Assembly (NCBI GenBank): GCA_964594415.1
Contig: CAZQLQ010000001.1
Coordinates: 159,265-223,264, forward strand
DNA: 64,000 bases
Direction of reading: 5' to 3'
Source: an uncultured Candidatus Saccharibacteria bacterium
Lineage (GTDB): Bacteria; Patescibacteriota; CPR2; UBA1875; CAIMLA01
Shown here: one piece after another, positions 49,234 to 58,599 of the stretch
Numbering within the stretch: the stretch's first letter is position 1
How the letters are laid out: the number at the start of each line of letters is the position of its first letter
Notes under the pieces: generated by a model
Seen by the model: only the letters and a program-made list of their open reading frames with translations
What the model was told of the DNA's origin: nothing
The model's database searches: none
Program-made: the position numbers and the translations under genes

Positions 49234-49773
49234 ATGACCACATACAAAATCCACATTTTTGAAATAGACAAGGGCAGTGGGAAGCTGTATATAAATTTCA
49301 GCACGAAGGGCGAAACGGAATGCTTCGCGAAGTTTAAAAAGAAAGTAAAAAAGGGCAATAATCCGATATCTCTAACCAAATCCCTTGGGACTTCAGAAGC
49401 ATTCCCGAAACAGAAAGAAGCAATAATCGCAATCGACGAGCTGATCAATGAGCTGGAGAAAAAGGGCTTCGAGGTAATAGCAGGGCCACCGTTTCAGAAT
49501 AAGTATTATCAAATATACGTAATAGAGCTAAACAACTACCCACATACGGTTTATGTCGGGCAGACGAAATATTTCCCGGAGATTAGACTCGCACAACACC
49601 AGATAGGGTACAATTCGGCGAGTGTAGTCCGAAGGGCAGAAAGTGCAAAACTTCGCCCGGATCTCTTCGTCCATATCGAGGAGGCCAAAACGAAAGAAGA
49701 GGCGCTGTATCTAGAGTCAGAAGTCGCAGAATATCTCAAATGGAAAGGGTATAAGGTTTACGGCGGCCACTAA
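49234..49773 (+). CDS. GIY-YIG nuclease-domain protein
   Basis: C-terminal YQIYVIEL...TVYVGQTKYFPEIRLAQHQ...E matches GIY-YIG core (GIY, YIG, R, H/E). Start uncertain: ATG 49216 overlaps a TACTATAAT -10, so 49234 is chosen and may be leaderless. Confidence 0.55.
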   Translation: MTTYKIHIFEIDKGSGKLYINFSTKGETECFAKFKKKVKKGNNPISLTKSLGTSEAFPKQKEAIIAIDELINELEKKGFEVIAGPPFQNKYYQIYVIELNNYPHTVYVGQTKYFPEIRLAQHQIGYNSASVVRRAESAKLRPDLFVHIEEAKTKEEALYLESEVAEYLKWKGYKVYGGH

Positions 49774-49927
49774 TATTGTATAAATATTTTATACAATATT
49801 TGCAATTGTGCAAAATTATCGAATTTTTGTGCATAAATAATCGCTCTGTATAGACAAAAAATCAAAATAAAAAGGCTTTATTTTCAAATTTACAAGAGTA
49901 TAATATGGTTAGTAATGAAGGACTTGT

Positions 49928-50278
49928 ATGGACAAAATAGAAGATTTACAGCAAAAAGTTGCAAAATTTAGAGATGACAGAGATTGGCAGCAATTTCATA
50001 ATCCTAAAGACTTAGCGATTGCGATATCTATTGAGGCGTCTGAATTACTAGAATGCTTTAGATGGAAGTCTATAAAAGAAGTTGAAGAATTTATGAAATC
50101 TGAAAAGTCTACCAGCGTGGAAGAGGAAATGGCGGACGTTCTTATTTTGCTCTTAAATCTGGCCGATACAACTGGGATTGATGTCGTAAAAGCGGCAAAC
50201 GATAAACTAGATGCAAATAATAAAAAATACCCTGTAGAAAAATCTAAGGGTAGCGCTAAGAAGTATACGGAGCTTTAA
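49928..50278 (+). CDS. MazG-like nucleoside triphosphate pyrophosphohydrolase (small, single domain)
   Basis: EASELLECFRW and EEEMADVLILLLNLA helices typical of the all-alpha NTP-PPase (MazG/YpjD) fold. Confidence 0.7.
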   Translation: MDKIEDLQQKVAKFRDDRDWQQFHNPKDLAIAISIEASELLECFRWKSIKEVEEFMKSEKSTSVEEEMADVLILLLNLADTTGIDVVKAANDKLDANNKKYPVEKSKGSAKKYTEL

Positions 50279-52146
50279 TGAGATTATATGAGGCATCGCT
50301 GGCTGATTTTAATAGGGACATAACTTATAATAAAATTACTGATATTCTAACTGAAGCATTTAGTTTTTTTTATAAAAAAGAACCCACAATTGGCGAAAAA
50401 CTATCTTGGACAAATTCTTTGAGACAGGTAAGGGACGTTCTTACTGAAGCCAAATTAACAGACAATTACATAGCGATTGAAACTGAGGTGCCCTATACCT
50501 CAAGAAGAATAGATGTACTTTTGTTTGGTAGGAATCAACAAAAAGGCGATAACATCGTTCTTATTGAGCTTAAACAATGGGATAATTCTGGAGTGTTGGA
50601 TTCAGAAATAGATGGTAATGTTTATGTAAAATACAGAAACGGCTTCAGCGAAGAGCCTCATCCTAGTTTGAAAGTAGAGGGATATCATTATGGATTGATT
50701 GACAATTACTCAATTTTTGAAGAACAGCCGCCTGTAAGTTTAGTTTCTTGCGTATTTTGTCATAATTATTCAAGGACGGCAGCAAGTCAAGTCTTGTTCA
50801 ATAACAAATTTTCTGAATATACAGAAAAATACCCGGTTTTTACAAAAGAGCAGGTTCAGGAACTGGGGAATTACTTAACACTGAGGTTAGCCGGAGGCGC
50901 TGGACTAGAAGTCTTTAATAGATTTATAACGAGTAATATAAGGCCATCCAAGAAACTACTTGATCACACTTCAGATATGATTCACAAGCAGCAAATATTT
51001 AATCTTATTGATGATCAAATTACTGCATATAATGCCATTAGGTCAGTATCTAATAAGCTGGCAAAATTAGATGAAAAGTCAGTTTTTATTATAAAAGGTG
51101 GCCCAGGAACAGGGAAATCTGTTATTGCTTTGGAGGTTTTGGGCGAATTACTAAGGAAAGGTTTTAACGCTTTTTATTTAACTGGCTCAAAGTCATTTAC
51201 TGAGACTCTGAGGAAAATTGTGGGCGTAAGAGCGAAAGACAGAATTAAATATTTTAATAGTTACAGAGATTATAAGGGCCCGCAAATTGATGTGTTTGTT
51301 TGTGACGAGGCTCATCGCATTAGAGAAAAAAGCAAAAAGATGTTTGATAGAAATGAGATTATTGACCAGTTACCTCCTCAAATAGATGAGATCTTGAAAG
51401 CAAGTAAAATGTCTATCTTTTTGATAGACGAAAAACAAACAGTTCGACCGGATGAAGTTGGAAGTGTTAGTATGATCAAAGAGGCCGCGATTAGAAATGG
51501 AGTTCTGCAGAAGAATATAAGGGAATACGAATTAACGACCCAATTTAGATGTAATGGGTCTGATTCTTATATTCAATGGCTAGACAATACTCTGCAGCTA
51601 GCAGATACTGATAAAGTTACTTTAGAGAAAAGTGATAAATATGATTTTAAAATTTTTTATACACCCCAATTGCTTAAAAGTGCTATTGAAGAAAAAAACA
51701 AGATAAAAGAAAATTCTTCACGTCTCGTAGCGGGTTTTTGTTGGCCATGGAGCGAACCGCTTGAGGACGGCTCCTTGGTTGATGATGTTATCATTGGCGA
51801 TTTTAAGATGCCCTGGGAAGATAAGAGAAATTTTTGGAAATGGGCCACAGACAAAAGCGGCATGGAACAGGTTGGAACAGTATACACCTCCCAAGGTTTT
51901 GAATTTGACTATATAGGTGTTATCTTTGGTCCAGACTTAACTTATAATAACAAAACAAAAAATTGGGAAGCACACCCAGATCTTTCTCACGATTCTATGT
52001 TAATAAGAAATAACGACAAAATAAAAGAACATCTGAAAAATGTTTACAGAGTTTTAATGTCTAGGGGAATGAAGGGTTGTTATGTGTATTTTATGGATAA
52101 AGAAACTGAAAAATATTTTCGTGATAGGTTGAATCTAGCCGAATAG
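50278..52146 (+). CDS. DUF2075/Schlafen-like nuclease-helicase: N-terminal PD-(D/E)xK nuclease plus SF1-like P-loop ATPase
   Basis: IDVLLF...IVLIELKQW (D...ExK), Walker A GGPGTGKS, Walker B VCDEAHR, C-terminal SQGFEFDYIGVIFG. Translationally coupled to the MazG-like gene (stop/start overlap). Confidence 0.8.
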   Translation: MRLYEASLADFNRDITYNKITDILTEAFSFFYKKEPTIGEKLSWTNSLRQVRDVLTEAKLTDNYIAIETEVPYTSRRIDVLLFGRNQQKGDNIVLIELKQWDNSGVLDSEIDGNVYVKYRNGFSEEPHPSLKVEGYHYGLIDNYSIFEEQPPVSLVSCVFCHNYSRTAASQVLFNNKFSEYTEKYPVFTKEQVQELGNYLTLRLAGGAGLEVFNRFITSNIRPSKKLLDHTSDMIHKQQIFNLIDDQITAYNAIRSVSNKLAKLDEKSVFIIKGGPGTGKSVIALEVLGELLRKGFNAFYLTGSKSFTETLRKIVGVRAKDRIKYFNSYRDYKGPQIDVFVCDEAHRIREKSKKMFDRNEIIDQLPPQIDEILKASKMSIFLIDEKQTVRPDEVGSVSMIKEAAIRNGVLQKNIREYELTTQFRCNGSDSYIQWLDNTLQLADTDKVTLEKSDKYDFKIFYTPQLLKSAIEEKNKIKENSSRLVAGFCWPWSEPLEDGSLVDDVIIGDFKMPWEDKRNFWKWATDKSGMEQVGTVYTSQGFEFDYIGVIFGPDLTYNNKTKNWEAHPDLSHDSMLIRNNDKIKEHLKNVYRVLMSRGMKGCYVYFMDKETEKYFRDRLNLAE

Positions 52147-52152
52147 AGTAAA

Positions 52153-52839
52153 ATGAAAGATATTTTAAAATATACAGAATTAACATCGAAAGAAAACTTG
52201 CCACTTCAAAAAGGTATGAATTTCAGGCCTTCTGGAAAGTCGTATTCTATTTTGTTGATGTCGGTAAGAAAAAATTCTCCGTATAACGACGGATTTGATG
52301 AAAATAATAATCTTGTTTATGAAGGGCATGATGTTTCAAAAAGACAAGGTATTGATCCTAAAAAATTAGACCAGCCAATGTTTAATTTAACAGGAACACT
52401 TACTGATAATGGTAAATTTTATAAAGCAGCAGAGGATTACAAACTATCTAGAAAAAATAAAGAAAAAATTCAGGTTTATGAAAAAATAAATGATGGAATG
52501 TGGTCTGATAAGGGCATGTATTATTTAATTGATGCAAGAACGGAGTTTTCGGAGACAGAGAAAAGAAAAGTCTTTAAGTTTGTCTTATCCCCAATCGAAT
52601 CATATTCTACTGATATAGAGGAAATAGTTGAAGACTTTGAATTTTCCCGTAGAATTCCAACTGTTATTAAGCAGAAAGTGTGGCAAAGAGATAATGGCAA
52701 GTGTGTAGAATGCGGTTCAAAAGATGATTTGCACTTTGATCACATCATCCCATTTTCTAAAGGAGGGTCTAGTTTAACTGAAAGTAATGTTCAGATTTTG
52801 TGCAGAAAATGTAATTTAAAAAAATCAGCAAAAATTTAG
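52153..52839 (+). CDS. HNH endonuclease with about 150-aa uncharacterised N-terminal domain
   Basis: C-terminal CVECGSKDDLHFDHIIPFSKGG...CRKCNLKK = HNH with Cys4 zinc. N-terminal domain unassigned. Confidence 0.75.
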   Translation: MKDILKYTELTSKENLPLQKGMNFRPSGKSYSILLMSVRKNSPYNDGFDENNNLVYEGHDVSKRQGIDPKKLDQPMFNLTGTLTDNGKFYKAAEDYKLSRKNKEKIQVYEKINDGMWSDKGMYYLIDARTEFSETEKRKVFKFVLSPIESYSTDIEEIVEDFEFSRRIPTVIKQKVWQRDNGKCVECGSKDDLHFDHIIPFSKGGSSLTESNVQILCRKCNLKKSAKI

Positions 52840-52991
52840 TTATTAATCAGAATTAGGTAAAAATGGCACTGGAAAAAAAATCAGTCAAATAATGAGTTTA
52901 CATCTGTCCTTGCGGGGGTGGCAGGGGAGTATTTTAAGAGTAGATTAAAACCATCTTGTTTGCTATAATAACGAAAATATGAGGAAATCAG

Positions 52992-53987
52992 ATGACTACT
53001 AATCGAATAACCGACTTAATAACTGAGCTTGAAGAAGATAGAAAATCTAAGGTTATAGTTTACTTTACTAGTGACAAGCAACCAAACGAACATTTTGGAA
53101 CCCAAGTACATCCTGAGCAGCTTGTTTATTTTCGTAAAATCTTAGAAGAAATAAAAAAAACGGAAAGAATAACTCTGGTTTTGGATACTAGAGGAGGTGC
53201 AATAGATATGCCTTGGCCCCTAGTTAATTTGATTAGAGAATATTGTAAAAAATTTGAAGTAATTATTCTAGAAAAGGCACTTAGTGCTGGAACATTGATA
53301 GCCTTAGGTGCAGATAAAATTGTCATGCAACCATTTTCACATTTAAGCCCTGTTGATCCCGCCACCTTTATCCCAGATGGTAATTCAAGTATTCTAAAGA
53401 AACTCGAAATAGAAGACATAATAGGTTTTATAGATTTTGCTAAGGAAAAAGTTGGCATTGCAGAACAGTCTTCGTTAACAGAAGTTATGAAAGAGCTAAC
53501 TAAGGAAGTTCGTCCGACGTTATTGGGTTCAGTAAATAGAACATACGCACTGATTAGAAAACTTGCTAGACAGCTCCTGTCTTTGCATAATGGAAAATTA
53601 ACGGAAAAACAAGTAAACGAGATTACCGAGCATTTGACACAGAAGCTTTATTCTCATAGTTATTTAATAAATAGGAAAGAAGCAAAAGAAATTATCGGCT
53701 TTGGCAATATTATTGAAAATTCTTCGGAAAATACGAAAAGGATTTCAAAGGATATAATGGATTATTATAGAGAAGTCATGGAAATTGAAAAAGATTTTGA
53801 CCCATTATATTTACTCTCCGAAAAAGAAACAGTTGACTGCAAGGTAGTCGGGGCAGCCATACATAGCAATACAATGAGATATTCCTTCAGCCATAAGATT
53901 AGGCTTACAAAAATCCCAGATCCGGCTGGTAGGCTAAATATTAATTTCGAGATACTAGAAAGAAAGTGGTCGGAAGAGAAAATTTAA
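52992..53987 (+). CDS. ClpP/SppA-fold serine peptidase (SDH-family-like)
   Basis: VLDTRGGAID...ALSAGTLIALGADKIVM resembles ClpP-fold nucleophile region. C-terminal alpha-helical extension. Confidence 0.5.
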   Translation: MTTNRITDLITELEEDRKSKVIVYFTSDKQPNEHFGTQVHPEQLVYFRKILEEIKKTERITLVLDTRGGAIDMPWPLVNLIREYCKKFEVIILEKALSAGTLIALGADKIVMQPFSHLSPVDPATFIPDGNSSILKKLEIEDIIGFIDFAKEKVGIAEQSSLTEVMKELTKEVRPTLLGSVNRTYALIRKLARQLLSLHNGKLTEKQVNEITEHLTQKLYSHSYLINRKEAKEIIGFGNIIENSSENTKRISKDIMDYYREVMEIEKDFDPLYLLSEKETVDCKVVGAAIHSNTMRYSFSHKIRLTKIPDPAGRLNINFEILERKWSEEKI

Positions 53988-53996
53988 GGAGAAGTT

Positions 53997-54212
53997 ATGT
54001 TGAATACTTGTAACACGGTGTGTACGTCTAATAACAAAATTGTTAATTTTGAAAACTTAACTGCCAGGGGTGGCAATGTCCCAAAGTATAAAGTAGTCGA
54101 ACATTACACTATAAATAAGTCAAGTGTATTGATTCAACATTATGATGAGGATTCAGACCAAAATATTGACTCAAAGATTAATAGAAAGTTTTTTGAAACA
54201 AGAAATGTTTAA
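53997..54212 (+). CDS. Hypothetical small protein
   Basis: ORF only. Confidence 0.3.
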   Translation: MLNTCNTVCTSNNKIVNFENLTARGGNVPKYKVVEHYTINKSSVLIQHYDEDSDQNIDSKINRKFFETRNV

Positions 54213-54215
54213 TAT

Positions 54216-54710
54216 ATGTACATTCCCAGTCACGAACTAGATAGAGGTAAATTTTATCAAGGGGATGTCGTAAAAGATTTCCCCTTTTTTGTATTGTCCA
54301 ACTTAGAAGATCAATTATCTATATTAACAAATACAAGAGAGGGTACGCTAGAAATTAAATCTAAACTTATAGATGTTATGATTCTTTCGCAAACTTGTGA
54401 TATACAAAGAAGAGACCAGATTATTATTGCTCCAATAGTCCCAATGCAACCGAGTATTGATAATGGTGACCTCGGAGTAAATATTTTGAACAATATTAAA
54501 AACCGTAAGATAAACTACTTGTTTTATTTACCGGAAAGTCCCGGAATAATTCCTGATTCATACTGTAATTTTCAGTTGATCTATTATGTTTCGCCCTTAT
54601 TATTAAATAATTTTATCAACAACAAAATTACATCTTTAAGTGATTGGGGTAGGCATCACCTTAGTTGGTCTCTTAGTAACTATTTTGGAAGACCAATTTT
54701 AAGTAAATGA
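54216..54710 (+). CDS. Hypothetical protein
   Basis: ORF, tightly packed after previous. Confidence 0.4.
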   Translation: MYIPSHELDRGKFYQGDVVKDFPFFVLSNLEDQLSILTNTREGTLEIKSKLIDVMILSQTCDIQRRDQIIIAPIVPMQPSIDNGDLGVNILNNIKNRKINYLFYLPESPGIIPDSYCNFQLIYYVSPLLLNNFINNKITSLSDWGRHHLSWSLSNYFGRPILSK

Positions 54711-54765
54711 CGAATACCAAATAATAAGCGACTTTTTGAGAAATAAATATTTTAAAAACATAAAG

Positions 54766-55083
54766 ATGTATATAATGCGACTTCAAAAATCTAATTTAGA
54801 AAAAGCGGAAGCTTTTGTGGAGTCGGTTGAGTGGATATTTGCTAAGACTTATGCAAAGACGGCTCCGCATGAATATATAGTGAAGAGATATCTGCCCAAA
54901 GAAAAGTGGGACGAATTTTTGTGGTTTGCCCGGCTTATCAGAGAAGAAGGGTATGATGGGAAATTTTATGACCATACCTATAGATACCTGGACATCGATG
55001 GTAAGAAATATTGGACTATGGATGAGGATGTCGAAATGACTGAGCTGATAAATAGGTGTGATGTCGGGGATGAGTATGAATAA
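54766..55083 (+). CDS. Hypothetical protein
   Basis: ORF. ATG at 54766 preferred over 54736. Confidence 0.35.
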   Translation: MYIMRLQKSNLEKAEAFVESVEWIFAKTYAKTAPHEYIVKRYLPKEKWDEFLWFARLIREEGYDGKFYDHTYRYLDIDGKKYWTMDEDVEMTELINRCDVGDEYE

Positions 55084-55522
55084 TTTAACTAAAGAAATTT
55101 TTGATGCGATAAAAAACGGAAAAAATGTTTTTCTTGTTGGGGCTACGGATAGCGGTAAAAGCTGGTTTTTACAAAATGAGATTATCCCTTTTCTAAGGGA
55201 AAATAATTATAAGGTTTGTTATCTTGAGGATAGTCTAGCCGATAGTCATATTTCAGAAAACTGCGATATTGTTATCGCCGATGAATATGAAACATTTGTC
55301 GATAAAGACTTTCTAGAAAAAAGACACCCCGAAGAAGTCCCATACTACTCTGGTTCATATATAAAACAGGTCAATAATTGTCAGAAAACATTAGGAAACG
55401 CAAGGTTTCCTGTAGTTTTTGTTATAACAAGAAATGAAGACGTGGAAATCGATTATCTAGTGAATAAGATAAGTGAGGAATATTCAGATTCTTTGGTTGC
55501 CCTGAAGATGACTAGGAAATAG
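55058..55522 (+). CDS. Small P-loop NTPase
   Basis: Walker A GATDSGKSW and Walker B IVIADEYE. Confidence 0.5.
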   Translation: MMSGMSMNNLTKEIFDAIKNGKNVFLVGATDSGKSWFLQNEIIPFLRENNYKVCYLEDSLADSHISENCDIVIADEYETFVDKDFLEKRHPEEVPYYSGSYIKQVNNCQKTLGNARFPVVFVITRNEDVEIDYLVNKISEEYSDSLVALKMTRK

Positions 55523-55605
55523 ATCCCAGGGTTTCCTCTAGAAGCGGACAAGTGCGACCAGGAATGACACAAATTCGTCAGGGATGATATACTCTATATT
55601 AGAGT
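55523..55605. repeat. Repeat cluster R4 (short)
   Basis: GATCCCAGGG..., CCAGGAATGACACAAATTCGTCAGGGATGAT: same GGAATGAC / GGGATG unit ends. Confidence 0.6.
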
Positions 55606-55621
55606 TAATTGGAGGGAAAAT

Positions 55622-55897
55622 ATGAAAAAAATAATAAGAATTTTTTCAATTTGCTTAGTGGTAACTTATCTTTTAGTGATTTCTTATCAAGCGTTTATTT
55701 GGCAACGTTATAAAACCCCAACTTTTATGAGCGATAGAGTGTTTTGTGATCTTGAAAGTAAACAAATACCTCCCACAAATACAGTATACGAAAAGGTATT
55801 TGGCAAAGCCTGTACTTGTTGTGGAGCGCCTACGCCCTTAACTTTGGCTGATGGAGTAAGGGGCTTTACTCAATTAATTTTTCTTGATTTTGAATAA
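55622..55897 (+). CDS. Small secreted/membrane protein with CTCCGAP motif
   Basis: GGAGGG RBS. N-terminal TM. Confidence 0.4.
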   Translation: MKKIIRIFSICLVVTYLLVISYQAFIWQRYKTPTFMSDRVFCDLESKQIPPTNTVYEKVFGKACTCCGAPTPLTLADGVRGFTQLIFLDFE

Positions 55898-55929
55898 AAT
55901 TAGTTTCAAGATCGTTTCTTCTAATAAAT

Positions 55930-56090
55930 AGGTATGATGACGGGGATGAGTATGAGTGGGGGATAGGGAATGAGATTCTTCCCGCCCCTTTCAGGTTCGG
56001 GCAGACGTCAGGCTCCCTTCGACTAACGCTCTCCGACGGAGTCCGACACGAACTCATCGGAGTCGTCGGACAGAATGACAAAAAGGAATA
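55930..56090. repeat. Repeat cluster R5 (contains reverse-complement of the 68-bp unit)
   Basis: CGACTAACGCTCTCCGACGGAGTCCGACACGAACTCATCGGAGTCGTCGGACAGAATGACA is the reverse complement of the unit in R1-R3. Also CCCGCCCCTTTCAGGTTCGGGCAG is the reverse complement of TGCCCGAACCTGAAAGGGGCGGG. Confidence 0.8.
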
Positions 56091-56093
56091 AAT

Positions 56094-56585
56094 ATGAATG
56101 AGAATTACATAAATGAATTAGAAGAATACATGATTTCGGTGTTGAAGGCTGGGAATAAGGGTAAGCCTCTTTCGATGCTCGCAAAATACAATTGCAGTGA
56201 GGTTTCGAGGCTCGTCGGTCTGAAGGTTCTTGAGTATCTAGGTGAAGATAGTAAGCCGTTTATACTAAAGGGTGAGGTGACTAAGAACGGAATAGATAAG
56301 GATAATATCCATGACATTTTAGGCTTTCTTGACGTTGATTCCTCAAAGTTCGTTCTTATTGATCCGACTATCTGGCAATTCTTCCCGGAAAGTGAAGAAA
56401 TTTTCTTGGGCGAATTTGAAGCGCTTGATGATGCAATTGCTTTCTGTGCTGATTTCTATGAAGGGGAGTGGAACTTTTCGGAATATGTAGACAAAGAGAG
56501 TGAAGACGTAAATGAGATGATGAAAATCATTAAGATGAATTGTGGCCAAGCCTCTGATTGGGAGAGAGATACAACCCAGGATTAG
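56094..56585 (+). CDS. Hypothetical acidic protein
   Basis: ORF between repeat clusters. Confidence 0.45.
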   Translation: MNENYINELEEYMISVLKAGNKGKPLSMLAKYNCSEVSRLVGLKVLEYLGEDSKPFILKGEVTKNGIDKDNIHDILGFLDVDSSKFVLIDPTIWQFFPESEEIFLGEFEALDDAIAFCADFYEGEWNFSEYVDKESEDVNEMMKIIKMNCGQASDWERDTTQD

Positions 56586-56589
56586 TAGG

Positions 56590-56830
56590 GGATGTATTGT
56601 TCGAGCTAAGGGAGAACTATTTATATTTAGGACTTCTCTCTGCGCTCGAAGAATAAAAATAGGGGAGGGGGCTAGATTCCAAACATCCTTCTTCGCCAAG
56701 GCTACGAAAGGACAAGTACGATTTGGAATGACACAGGGGAGTGAGGATTAGATTGCCGCGCTTCCAACTTCGCTAAAGCTTCGCTAGACAAGTCGCTCGC
56801 AATGACGATGAGGCGTGCAAGCAGGGGAAT
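56590..56830. repeat. Repeat cluster R6
   Basis: TATTGTTCGAGCTAAGGGAGAACTATTT, CTTCTCTCTGCGCTCGAAGAATAAAAAT and GATTTGGAATGACA units shared with R2, R7 and R8. Confidence 0.7.
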
Positions 56831-56885
56831 CGGGATTAATACAAAAAAATTTGGCCGGCTTTCATAACGCTTTTGTATATATACG

Positions 56886-58511
56886 TTATGTTAGCCGGCC
56901 ATTTATTAATTCTATTGTTCGGTTTGGACGGATAGAGTCTATGAAATCTCTGTCGTGTGAAACAACGACGAAGGTTTCGGGATAAGTCTGAAGGGCTTTT
57001 TCTAGCTCTTCGATAGCTGGGATGTCCAGATGGTTTGTCGGTTCATCCAGGAGAAGTAAATTGGTGTTTTTATAGACTAGTGTTGCAAGAAGCAGTCTGG
57101 CACGTTCCCCAGGACTTAGACTCTTACCTTTTTGTTGGAGCTTTTCTTGGTCGAAGTTGAAGCTATGCAAGATGGTTCGCAACCTAGAGTCGTCGATAGG
57201 GCCGTCTTCTGAGGCAAGCTTCTTGGCGTTCTCGAGGGCTGAGATTTCTTCGTCAGGCAAACTCTTAAATTGGTCTATGAGGCCAATTTTCACTCCGTTC
57301 CCGAAACGAACATCTCCTTCTTCTGGGCTTTGCACTCCTTCGATAATCCGCAGTAGAGTCGTCTTACCACTGCCATTTGGGCCAGTGATTACGATTCGAT
57401 TTCCTCGCTCAATCATGAGATCGAGCGGACCGACATCGATCTTGGGATAATGGATTGTAACGTTTTTAAGCTCGACTAGAATATTGCTCACTTCGCCCTG
57501 GTGTCCGCTGAAGGCAAACTTCAGATTGATCTCTTTGAGCGGTTTCTGCGGTATCGCTAGCTGTTCTTCGCGAGTAGCTGTAGCTTTGGCGGTTGCAGAC
57601 AATCTACCTGCAGCCTTCTCTTTGGCCGAGTTTCTTCCTAACTTTTCAGTATCCGAAGCTTTCGAATTTGAATCTGCTCTCCTGGCTTCGTTGTGCAGTC
57701 TGCGACTTGTATCGCTTAGTCTTTTTCTCTCTTCCAGATATCTTTCGTAAGCCTCTTTCACTGATTTTTTTTGCGCTTCCCTCGCTTCTAAATATTCTTC
57801 GTATCCAAGCGAGTAGAGATCGATTCTAGATCCATCCGAGAGTAGTTCGGCAATTTTGGTCGTAACTGTTTTAAGCATTCGTCTGTCGTGAGTAACAATT
57901 ACAACAGCCGAGTTTGTGGAAAGCAGGAACGCTTCAAGAATCTCGATGCCTTCTAGATCCAAGTCGTTAGTCGGCTCGTCTAGCAAAAGAATGTCGAACT
58001 GCGACATAAGAATGGCCGCCAGCATTACGCGCTTGCGTTCACCGCCTGATAGGGTGCTGACAGGCTGTTCCAACAGACGAGTGTCGAGGGTAATTTTCTG
58101 CAATACTTTTTGAAGCCTCGTATCGAATGAATAAGTTCCAAGGTGTTCAACTTTTTCCATTGCTTGTTCGAGTCGGGAAAGAGATTCTTTGCTGGCATCA
58201 ACTTTCTCAGAAGCTTGTTCGAACTCAAGCTCGGCATCCATTATGCCAGTGAGCTTTTTGATGAATTCAACAACAGGTAGTTCGAGATGTTCTCTCGGTT
58301 CTTGAGGAAGGTAACCAACTATTAGATTGTCTCTGATTACTTTTCCAGACGACGGAAGGATTTCTCCAGCAATGATGCGGAGCAACGTGGTTTTTCCGGT
58401 TCCGTTAGGACCGATAAGTCCGATTCTTTCGCCCTCATTTATGATAAGCGAAATTCCTTTTAGAACCTCTCTAGTCTCATATTCGAATCGTACGTCGTCT
58501 ACTTTCAGCAT
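56886..58511 (-). CDS. ABC-F family ATPase (two ABC domains, charged interdomain linker, no TM domain)
   Basis: GPNGTGKTTLLRI / LSGGERKRVMLAAIL and GPNGSGKTTLLRI / LSPGERARLLLATL. R/K/E-rich linker between them. Confidence 0.85.
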   Translation of the reverse strand: MLKVDDVRFEYETREVLKGISLIINEGERIGLIGPNGTGKTTLLRIIAGEILPSSGKVIRDNLIVGYLPQEPREHLELPVVEFIKKLTGIMDAELEFEQASEKVDASKESLSRLEQAMEKVEHLGTYSFDTRLQKVLQKITLDTRLLEQPVSTLSGGERKRVMLAAILMSQFDILLLDEPTNDLDLEGIEILEAFLLSTNSAVVIVTHDRRMLKTVTTKIAELLSDGSRIDLYSLGYEEYLEAREAQKKSVKEAYERYLEERKRLSDTSRRLHNEARRADSNSKASDTEKLGRNSAKEKAAGRLSATAKATATREEQLAIPQKPLKEINLKFAFSGHQGEVSNILVELKNVTIHYPKIDVGPLDLMIERGNRIVITGPNGSGKTTLLRIIEGVQSPEEGDVRFGNGVKIGLIDQFKSLPDEEISALENAKKLASEDGPIDDSRLRTILHSFNFDQEKLQQKGKSLSPGERARLLLATLVYKNTNLLLLDEPTNHLDIPAIEELEKALQTYPETFVVVSHDRDFIDSIRPNRTIELINGRLT

Positions 58512-58599
58512 TACTTATCACCTCCTTTATTTATAATAACAAGGTACGCAACTGACATCAACCGAGTTCCTGCATTTTACAATAAAAAGCTATTTTTGT

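Noticed and set aside
47115-49243. Six-frame ORFs 47115-47357(-), 47192-47374(-), 47242-47424(+), 47987-48190(-), 48024-48242(+), 48980-49243(-) and 55866-56081(-)
   Set aside because: They lie entirely within the palindromic repeat clusters and share repeat-encoded peptides in several frames (LRSPTESDTNSSESSDRMTRRR / FCPTTPMSSCRTPSES). They have no RBS, and their reading frames are a by-product of the repeat.
55058-55522. Small P-loop protein as a KaiC/RecA-like or AAA+ defence ATPase
   Set aside because: Only Walker A and B are recognisable in 154 aa, so no family can be assigned from sequence alone. It is kept as a generic P-loop NTPase.
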